Assembly: GCA_043771035.1 (NCBI GenBank)
Contig: JAYVHQ010000017.1
Location: forward strand, 1-43,482
Length of the DNA: 43,482 nt
Source: Candidatus Kaiserbacteria bacterium
GTDB lineage: Bacteria > Patescibacteriota > Minisyncoccia > Phycocordibacterales > UBA918
Direction: 5' to 3'
Below the pieces are notes generated by a model. That model saw only the letters and a list, made by a program, of their open reading frames with translations, was not told the DNA's origin and did no database searches. A program made the position numbers and the translations under genes. Shown in pieces: positions 41,201 to 43,482 of the stretch (position 1 is the first letter of the stretch; each line of letters opens with the position of its first letter).

Positions 41201-43482
41201 AAAAGCCGCGGTTGATGTAGGGAGAGTCACATTAGCGCCTTCGAGCGATAATCTAAGGCGAATAACATCATTAATGTTGACAGATTCTGATGAACTAAGT
41301 GGTGTATTCTCAGCAATATCAGTCACTCCAAGGGGCCACGGGTCAATTGGTGTAAGGAAACTGCCATTGTCATACCAGCGGTACGTACTTTGAATTAGCT
41401 TTGGCTTTCTGAGCCATGAAACTGACCAATCATCCAAACTAGCACTCGCTGAACCAAGTGTGGTTAAGGTTGCCTCAAGACAGATTTGGCTATAGGTAGT
41501 CGTTGACAGGCCCGTTAATACTAACGGCATTGACCCGGTTCCGAAACCAGCACTGTTTCCCAGTAGCGCTCCATCGGGTACGTACGAATCGCATGTACTA
41601 GTACTCGTGTATCTAAGTCGGATTAGTACATCAGTCCCAAAAGGTTCTGTTGAAGCAAAACTTAAATCTCCCCAGGTAGGCTGATTAGGCACAGCTGAGA
41701 AGTTTATCGGTGTACTCCTTACGACACCTTGCGTAAACTGAAAACGTTTGGCAGCCATCTCAAAAGTTTCAAAAGGTATACCAATGATAGATGAGGGGTT
41801 CGGTGCAATTGTTTGTTTTATTGCCCAACTCGTCCCGTTCCAGTAGGAAGATTCGAGCTCGTCACCAGCAGCCACATCATCATGCCACATTGAAACAATA
41901 GTGCCGTCCCCTGCTCGCTCAGTTTGACCCCAAAATAAACCAGCTGTACCAATCCCCGTGATTGACTGTTCAGCTGACCAGGATGAACTGGCGTAATTAA
42001 ATACTGAATAGCGTGCTCCTACCGTATCCGAATACGACATTAATATATTACCTGTCCGTCCAGCGGTAGTTTCAAATTCACAGTCAATCGGCCGAGCTGC
42101 TTCGGAGTTACCAGCAATATCTTGTTCAAAAAATGTGCTCCAAATACCGCCGTTCCACCTCACCACCCCGATATCAGCATCAGCATCTATGTAACAAAGT
42201 GCCATGTTATCAGAATTAGGATCAGCTGCCAGGTTACCGAACTCAAAATCATCACCGAGCGCTTGCGTTGCATTCACTGTAAAGCTTGTACCATTCCAGG
42301 TGGTATAAATAAGATTGTTGGCAGCACCATTGGTCACGGCAATAATTGCTTGATCACCAGAAGATTCATATTTTAAACCAATCCCCGCCCGACCTTCTTG
42401 CCCCACCTGTCCAGCACCAATCACTCGGTTTGCTATCCAAGCATTTCCATTCCACACTAACGCTTCGTACTGCAAAGTAGCGCCACCATCTCGTACCACC
42501 AAGATTAGCTCGTCCGAAGCTGGGTCAGACGCAATTTCTAAATAGTTACACACACTAACTGAACTTACTGTAATAGATGTCGTAGCGCTCCATGAACTTC
42601 CATTCCAGATACGGTACACCGGACCAGCCCCGTTACTACAAGAGACCGCCATTGCATCACCAGACATACTTTCGTACCCCACAGCCAGACCTCGTCTAGT
42701 AACGTTGGAAACTGTACTACTAAGCAACGTTCGATTGCCCCACGAACTACTACTTGCGCTGTAGACTTGGGCGTAGGCCGCACTGGATTGATCAATCGTA
42801 AGCATCATGTACTCATTACGACTTACACTGGCTGCCGTTCTAACCCAGTTTATAGTACCACCGACAGCCACTGCGCTTTGCTCAGCGTCCCAGCTTATCC
42901 CATTCCATAAACGGTATTTAGGAGTAGCACTGGTACCGTCACCGTAGCCGACAATAATTTCCGTACTTACTGCCGCATCAACGGTTACACTATTATTTAC
43001 TCCAGGAGAAACTGCACCAATGAGGGTATTGCTTTTAAACTGTCCATTAAGGTTTTGATACCAATTCGGAACAATATCACTAAGGTTAACGGTCAGACTC
43101 TGGGTGGTGGAGTAATCACCAAATTCTCCCGAACCATTTACATCTTTCGCCCGCACTCGCCAGTAGTAAGTGGTAAGGTCTAGCAGTACGTCAGCTGGTT
43201 GCAATTGAAAGCGAACTTTATTGGCTTCAATAAACGGTGAAGTGTCAGTTGAAGAAGCGGTGTTTGAAAATCCAGCATTAGCACCTGACACACGCACAGT
43301 AGCAGTTGCAAAATCAGAAGTGGTTGAAATAGAAAATTCATACTGGATATCAGATGTACCATCAGGATCATTACTCTGGAAATCAAAGTATGGTGTAGTA
43401 GAAGCAAATCTTATGTTATCAAAAGGTACACTAAACATCGACGGTGCTGGTGCTCTGAAGTTGAGACTGGCTTTTTTCCACA
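26207..43482 (-). CDS. Giant surface (adhesin-like) protein, 5'-truncated by the window edge. At least 5,757 codons lie inside the window.
   Basis: Track ORF 26207..43438 starts at an internal Met. The same frame stays open for the remaining 14 codons to the window end (WKKASLNFRAPAPS-MFSVPFDN). The first residues lack a signal peptide and sit in the middle of a repeated linker+PFDN module. The protein is a mosaic of recognisable extracellular modules, listed as sub-features. Confidence 0.9.
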   Translation of the reverse strand, partial: WKKASLNFRAPAPSMFSVPFDNIRFASTTPYFDFQSNDPDGTSDIQYEFSISTTSDFATATVRVSGANAGFSNTASSTDTSPFIEANKVRFQLQPADVLLDLTTYYWRVRAKDVNGSGEFGDYSTTQSLTVNLSDIVPNWYQNLNGQFKSNTLIGAVSPGVNNSVTVDAAVSTEIIVGYGDGTSATPKYRLWNGISWDAEQSAVAVGGTINWVRTAASVSRNEYMMLTIDQSSAAYAQVYSASSSSWGNRTLLSSTVSNVTRRGLAVGYESMSGDAMAVSCSNGAGPVYRIWNGSSWSATTSITVSSVSVCNYLEIASDPASDELILVVRDGGATLQYEALVWNGNAWIANRVIGAGQVGQEGRAGIGLKYESSGDQAIIAVTNGAANNLIYTTWNGTSFTVNATQALGDDFEFGNLAADPNSDNMALCYIDADADIGVVRWNGGIWSTFFEQDIAGNSEAARPIDCEFETTAGRTGNILMSYSDTVGARYSVFNYASSSWSAEQSITGIGTAGLFWGQTERAGDGTIVSMWHDDVAAGDELESSYWNGTSWAIKQTIAPNPSSIIGIPFETFEMAAKRFQFTQGVVRSTPINFSAVPNQPTWGDLSFASTEPFGTDVLIRLRYTSTSTCDSYVPDGALLGNSAGFGTGSMPLVLTGLSTTTYSQICLEATLTTLGSASASLDDWSVSWLRKPKLIQSTYRWYDNGSFLTPIDPWPLGVTDIAENTPLSSSESVNINDVIRLRLSLEGANVTLPTSTAAFKLQYADGLSCSAITEWTDIGAVGSSTALWRGYANAIVGADWLSASWLRRSKITIKGTLVNGAQTDFPVYVNLDDLPDSFFASVQSDGDDIRITTSNGLTEVPFELVSIDTIAKIGELHFKATLASTTDTDFFIYYGNSGASGYGPTATYGRNNVWTNGYQAVYHLGTDPSATMTDSTVNGRNLTSVGGMTAGNSTSSPVGKGVTFDGVNDRFTNAAFAWSSAPVTVTAWSRVNTSEVQNSNLFGFTAAGSERLATHAPWSDNTIYWDYGTCCAVPGRISANYTAYRDKWTHIGLVSAGGAGAFMGIYLDGALITSITNSDNPPTLTGLAIGSTDPAGGAFHRGRIDEFRIASVARAAGFISTERTNQSNPTGFYALSAEEFVGDGAALPSTVLTGSDNAETYEEGNPTNSNRKALPVGNAAEWDFTIQNNAALPNTNYCFRMVYTDGSTLSDYQQFPRLITNSPPLVPVLSAPFDNEQFSSTTPWFEFAAQDEVSDEVSYEIMVDTDYAFGSPDLTNESNANFALFTNLASPSERGLYTTGQTIRFIPSSALTTGNTYWWRVRAKDDNGSGTYSDWSVPSSFTIASGTLITTWFQTTGEQFTTGNLLDVTAGTSSNDVGINTGFTAGTTTTTVIDYDDRDVGNAWGELSFAQNVTSGTIRHYVEYRVSGENFALVPDSLIAGNSTGLTASPVALGTLDTTLYNELRITSVFSGTPTLPRLLSMTLIWGQTIEIPIHVTPFDNAKVATTTPAFTFSTTDPQSDSLEYEFQYSSTADFVSSSTFNSGSNAGFVNTASSSDITPFVSGNVVRYTLNSSLTNGSTYWWRVRARDPLGTNAWSQYSQPESITVDTSILVSVWHQTTGEQFLTNTNQDIETTLGGAQITSVVSGVMAAYGEGTGQAPQFRLWNGTSWNNAASADTVGAQIRWTRLDASPTRPEYALATLGTDLDINIQIYDGVSESWNNMYEIYTEATDAIKRRFDIEYETTSGDLLAVACEGTEARFSIWNGTVWSASTSLPLSNVNNCEWVELAADPVSDEIIAVFRHTNTGATDYEALVWNGSSFSNSLTFGNINENSNEGIALNYEASGGQALAVVSNDTLASFIFSSWNGSSWTTPTSSAISNDFEWGSLKRDVGTDNLIFCYIDDVIDIGVKTWNGSAWSASTLMTIDGNSKLGQPVDCEYQTLKGVDGDVIIPYSDTIVARYQQYTTATGTFSGEFSLDTVNDSWSLQTVRGGDGTIHTFAFDDGSAPDRYSTSQWNGNAWSTLFNFSTSPSITAQPYNGSITAAAQIYPNFTNGTIRSTPIDFADGSGPRWERISWNDSTPAASDVRYRLYYQTTPGVFVLVPDVALAGNSTGFTSSPVSIAALDRTVYSVLKLEAELLCNSGTCPTVQDWSLEWSQGINVSGTAYEYDASTTVATGTVAVAVNGILQSGKTAVISGAGTWTIPNVTAFVGDAITVFIDGVNDSDEAVGVTTYDGVGDVTQMELNKRHLTFGSTDNATSSNALFGAFDSSDDEDVFFTVSGSSTLALCVEAACADAKLKIKTTAVYMPGANISVHDIVNQGRFLPETNTVRVSGSWLNTGTFIPSLSTVIFSATTSSETITSTSSATSTFFHNVTFGETAGSATWSANKPLDITGTLVVDFGTFARGTTTINLEQNLRIGTGGFLTGLGTTTFDGSGTHIWTDNSASSTNIGFAVIDGAAKTITLGGNVAAESVTIGADDTLNASGSGFNINVYKTWTNNNSFIPQSGTVTFVGTSTGTIARGTSAFNNVTFSGIGANWSFTTATLAVNNNFTIAMGTVTLPTGTTTIGGNFANVGGTFLHNNGEVRMTSAATGKTIIQKGSAFLNAFYDLVFAGSGAWSFAESAATTTRNLNIQSGTVTLASSTLTVGGDFTVTGAGAFNHNSGELVLLVQNTNSLRANGSAINNLRIRGLAASSWYNDSWSARQPIVINSAQVPTTVTDFPVYVNLANLPTTFFSSVNASGTDIRVTTSDGLTEVPYELVAIDTVAKTGELHFKAPTVSSSTNTTFYIYYGNGTASAYSATSTFGRNNVWTNGFEAVYHLGTNPTSVLVDSTVNGRNLTSAGGMGAGNSVAGIIGNSIDFDGVNDTLTNGTYSWTSTPVTVTAWSNVAVSEVKVASMFGFNAGAGDDRFAAHAPYSDNTLYWDYGNCCGATGRITAGYTAYRDKWTHVGLVSAGGAGAFMGIYLDGAQITTGAASDDPAVITGFAIGAAGSGGGGGFHDGRVDEFRLASVARTFGWIATEENNQSSSTAFYSVGAAQSRTVRVFTDTNTTILGNYVSELGGDATFPTGVLGVAGSFTNVASFGANNGTVRFNSTGGAETIAVGSSTFATLEFNSASGIFTVTQNATATVAINLTSASAFTLQSGLTLAALGTFSNAATASSTTWTGSTLSLSGVDAAINLKSHSGDAYATILTNGDTDMTMWNSTATTYSTASTSSIYSADHAAVDGDLNIYGDYVRTTGTEYWSFATDFDGAALTGTTSRQVDVRIASSSKVGLTSASLNLVGGASASTTIDAISGTFTLSATTSTITAQNFTVTGIDASGLRLNASTTLAIFQDGFFNVVPGHTGITISSTTVAQNPSAQYFGIGFATSSVGGGTNVTLTGTTSSFVWFRLGTGNLYGEAYDGGDANPGSVRWDDSSNSITISGVVYADDGITPLSSPTCDGTTPNVRVVVNNGTFTASTTCAAGTGTYTLAGVNYIGDPKITVYLNTNGGVNGSVVTKTPSGNITNMNIYAGRVITRHQDIAPLTIADMTSFDNDDDSDIQFVATTTGVTALRVLAPNSLFVFATTTFAPGGNVTLHGNASTSAIEGTLQLGTAATFTASGTETHTLAGRLLLATTSVLTSASSTFIFNASTTGKSITSPNTVTFNAVQFTGVGGGWNITAPLIVNGNMDVATGTVTGTSNVTLTNGSLSGEGTLSFGSGTTTINRTNTLGGTRAWTFNNLVLGSGLVAGTTTRASVATTTILGRLTISPAHFLVAGNSNWDLAGAGTVFVEGGTLQEDTSTFRYSGAGAQVLSTTYYNLDINAGAGTPTYTPTGVGIAVTNNLTIGGTAATTFDVNSSDPALLVGGSVSIRSNGTFSASNIATTSVGSNWTNFGTFISNGGLVAMVGAGSNTVAAGNGSFGSLLINNGAGNFTMSQNATTTVALTLLNHTNFTQASGTTMAIGGAFTNTLGGAATTFASSTLSFFGGGTKNINAKTVGDVYATLFVASSTNVKMWNSSASTYAALGSIYSQDHAAVDGTLNIYGTYTVVTGNDYWSYATDFDGVALGGGARKVDVSLASGSSASYAGGSLEVIGTSTASTTITNQGAGTYGLTLSGTASTTWDTVLVRNMNASGVVFTGTPLVANFSRTDHLIGVNGGTGITVNGTVIDANQAKNFTNNVFASSSGVTGATNVTATGTSISSWRFTNHTGLLSGEAYDNDPAGDPGYVVWDDSAALITVSGNVYSDEGVTVSPVCNGVTQNILLRVAGLTTYTASCNAGTGAYSIPNVAFSPADTLSVYIDNNIRKAVTVSADPVSSISNMNLYENRVIVRHENTSPLSIADMAIWDSSDDGDILFTAVDAGIDTLSLPADQKLLIWSGKTFEPAGNVTVAGGGGGAAQDGTLEAQTNATFRALGTESHTIGGSMIFGTGALFTAGQSTTTFTTTGAGRTIDVNSNTFYNIAFTGAGSWDITDAIFTTSRSFVQSNGAITFGSGTTTIGASFNATAGAFTMGGTALLFTSTTTGNIVRFDDSVVPSVRFQGIGGSWSMADSNATTTGNFRIASGTVTLPSGNLGVGASFENLTGTIVHNTADIIMSATSTASLKASSSNLFAVRFTGVGPFTMSDVNLTLADSLTMATGTLTLATGTLSVGGDFLIASGTVNNASGTVLFNATSVGKTVNFGTNNLYSVVFGSATGGWNFVGNATTTNNFSITGASTFTKEPNTILNVGGVFTNTVGGANTTWATSTLKLSGVSDYTINTKTLGGDVYGTLEIVSPLAIRAWNSSAATTTVLGSASFYSQDHAGVDGSLTIYGNVTIATTTEYWNYANDFDGTVLAGASLRQVNVRMAAGASTTVTTGSLQILGTTATSTTVAALFGGSYGLTVNGGTLNAQYYTMTNLGAGGLTLTGSPTITNLSNGSYILTSAGGSLISVAASVLDANASKVFTNVGFATSSAITGFNVNLTGSTSNAWRFNGSFGNIGGEAFDIDGVTACGSIRFDNSGCLLTQQTHYRWRNDDGGEGATASEWFNTSFDYRQRVRVINSDTSSYASSAIKINVAYDSNMQADFDDLRFTSSDGLTQIPYWIERYTASTDAVVWIRVPNLPASETATTFMYYGSSTAANTSSGATTFAAFDDFEDNNITEYSGDTSLFQTDTAPVYGGTYSLEAQNKSGRTTDGIFRTTMTVSQGQIIRWMQYIDTAGSGDDACTLFGVQSPGVNNNNYAICLQQFGIDRMVIAKNIYDNDSSGTVLASSTVTYATGWYEVEVDWRTNNSMTAYLRTAAGALVATASTTDSSYTTGGVGFTFWFQNGSWDSYTARAKAMIAPTVYFGAEQTDGGATWEKLQNVAGSGVTGVNKRLRFAIENSGLDIVNQTFRLEAAPKGAAPSCEAVPTGNFSAVPNQASCGSSPICMQTSTFVADGDASTDHLASTSGAFAAGKVIESPSNITTALNLNQNKYTELEYVLTPTINATSSYCLRVTNGGTPLDFYNKVAEMNLQFDPVFGAVTLNGGLDINLTPGTTTTVFATGTVTDLNGYADIIAGSSTIYRTGAGPSCTANTNNCYKGDTTSSSSCSFINCAGNTCTLSCRADIYFNAEATDAYILPAVNLYEGEKWSAYLEVRDSSGTYDFESAIAQELITLRAASVNNSINYGSLALGGNTGAANASTTVTNVGNIAFNIEVLGTDLSDGGSSRIPANEQRFATSTFTYSGCTACSVMSSTTPTNLAIGLAKPTAPTPPVVVPIYWGVAVPATGVNSAPHSGINVFTPVSI
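26210..27025 (-). other. Class-2 C-terminal module of the giant ORF, homologous to 19275..20215.
   Basis: See the alignment under 19275..20215. The protein ends ...PIYWGVAVPATGVNSAPHSGINVFTPVSI, with no TM and no LPXTG. Confidence 0.55.
27560..28430 (-). other. DUF2341-like + ConA/LamG-like jelly-roll cassette 3.
   Basis: The DUF2341-type part reads FDYRQRVRVINSDTSSYASSAIKINVAYDSNMQADFDDLRFTSSDGLTQIPYWIERYTASTDAVVWIRVPNLPASETATTFMYYGS. The lectin-like part follows: ...GTYSLEAQNKSG...GWYEVEVDWRTNNSMTAYL. Confidence 0.6.
28500..34370 (-). repeat. Three tandem super-repeats of 2.3-2.4 kb. Each has parallel beta-helix-like T/S/G/N-rich repeats plus an Ig/carboxypeptidase-regulatory-like insert. 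The third is truncated.
   Basis: The landmark IYS(A/Q)DHA(A/G)VDG has Y codons at 33817, 31432 and 29125, giving periods of 2,385 and 2,307 nt. Motifs are collinear in each unit: EYWS(F/Y)ATDFDG, GEAYD..D..PG.V.WDDS, ISG.VY.D.G and I(T/V)RH....PL(T/S)IADM. Confidence 0.85.
34370..35380 (-). other. DUF2341-like + LamG (Laminin_G_3-like) cassette 2.
   Basis: The DUF2341-like part reads WSARQPIVINSAQVPTTVTDFPVYVNLANLPTTFFSSVNASGTDIRVTTSDGLTEVPYELVAIDTVAKTGELHFKA. The LamG-like part reads NNVWTNGFEAVYHLG...VDSTVNGRNLTS...IDFDGVNDTL...YRDKWTHVGLVSAGGAGAFMGIYLDGA...GRVDEFRLASVART. Confidence 0.65.
35400..37030 (-). other. Partial zeroth super-repeat (second half only) plus beta-helix repeats.
   Basis: INVSGTAYEYDAS...TWTIPNVTAFVGDAITVFIDG...MELNKRHLTFGS parallels ITISGVVYADDG...TYTLAGVNYIGDPKITVYLN...MNIYAGRVITRH of the full units. 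Repeats of the type NVTF.G.G..WS follow. Confidence 0.5.
37380..38540 (-). other. WNGxxW beta-propeller 2.
   Basis: About seven blades recur: FRLWNGTSWNNA, FSIWNGTVWSAS, ALVWNGSSFSNS, FSSWNGSSWTTP, VKTWNGSAWSAS and SQWNGNAWSTL, spaced ~50-60 aa apart. Confidence 0.5.
38648..38995 (-). other. FN3-like PFDN module 3.
   Basis: TPFDNAKVATTTPAFTFSTTDPQSDSLEYEFQYSSTADF...STYWWRVRARDPLGTNAWSQYS. Confidence 0.5.
39441..39795 (-). other. FN3-like PFDN module 2.
   Basis: APFDNEQFSSTTPWFEFAAQDEVSDEVSYEIMVDTDYAF...NTYWWRVRAKDDNGSGTYSDWS. Confidence 0.5.
40100..41070 (-). other. DUF2341-like + LamG cassette 1, nested inside a YRW/YCFR module.
   Basis: The DUF2341-like part reads WLRRSKITIKGTLVNGAQTDFPVYVNLDDLPDSFFASVQSDGDDIRITTSNGLTEVPFELVSIDTIAKIGELHFKA. 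The LamG-like part reads NNVWTNGYQAVYHLG...TDSTVNGRNLTS...VTFDGVNDRF...YRDKWTHIGLVSAGGAGAFMGIYLDGA...GRIDEFRIASVARA. Confidence 0.65.
41800..42990 (-). other. WNGxxW beta-propeller 1.
   Basis: Blades recur: YRLWNGISWDAE, YRIWNGSSWSAT, ALVWNGNAWIAN, YTTWNGTSFTVN, VVRWNGGIWSTF, FNYASSSWSAE and SSYWNGTSWAIK. Confidence 0.5.
43085..43438 (-). other. FN3-like PFDN module 1.
   Basis: VPFDNIRFASTTPYFDFQSNDPDGTSDIQYEFSISTTSDF...TTYYWRVRAKDVNGSGEFGDYS. Confidence 0.5.

Noticed and set aside
26207-43482. A diversity-generating retroelement or other targeted hypervariation of the surface proteins.
   Set aside because: I found no reverse transcriptase gene. I found no near-identical template/variable repeat pair with A-specific mismatches. 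I found no C-type-lectin-like C-terminal target. The internal repeats are old and diverged at all base types.

Overview
This 43,482-bp window is almost entirely coding on the minus strand. I see no rRNA, tRNA, CRISPR array, transposase or integrase, and no recognisable metabolic enzyme. Sixteen co-oriented minus-strand genes form a cell-envelope island. One short plus-strand unit (15828..16504) interrupts it.

Gene order along the minus strand, 5'->3':
- A giant ORF still open at the right window edge (26207..43482, 5,757 sense codons in the window). It is a mosaic of FN3-like modules, two WNGxxW beta-propellers, three DUF2341+LamG/ConA-like cassettes and three 2.3-2.4-kb beta-helix super-repeats.
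- A 4xFN3 protein.
- A MacB/LolD-type ABC ATPase with a ~210-aa C-terminal extension.
- An FtsX/MacB-type permease.
- A 631-aa Thr/Ser/Cys-rich secreted protein, followed by a strong terminator.
- A CscA-like (DUF916/DUF3324-type architecture) membrane anchor.
- A Cys-rich-repeat + dockerin protein.
- The plus-strand unit.
- A 383-aa secreted protein with its own terminator.
- Two membrane-anchored cohesin-like proteins.
- A TM/helical protein.
- A cohesin+dockerin protein.
- A beta-propeller-repeat protein.
- A 2,053-aa secreted giant.
- Two more CscA-like anchors. The last one (1..935) is missing from the supplied ORF track because it runs off the left edge.

Main hunt results:
1. The component logic suggests a dedicated, possibly undescribed surface-assembly system. 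Its parts are four anchorless secreted proteins ending in two related pilin/WxL-like C-terminal modules, three paralogous TM anchors, three cohesin-like and two dockerin-like modules, and a MacB-type ABC pair.
2. A family of structured intergenic elements with covarying hairpins sits in four gene gaps.
3. A cluster of AGCTTCGCCTAGG palindromes lies at 16.6-17.0 kb.
4. The giant genes carry large internal repeats, nested domain insertions, and LamG paralogs with near-saturated synonymous divergence but an almost identical core peptide.

The domain repertoire is what I associate with Patescibacteria/CPR (Parcubacteria-like) genomes, but that is inference only. All domain names rest on motif recognition by eye, not on searches.
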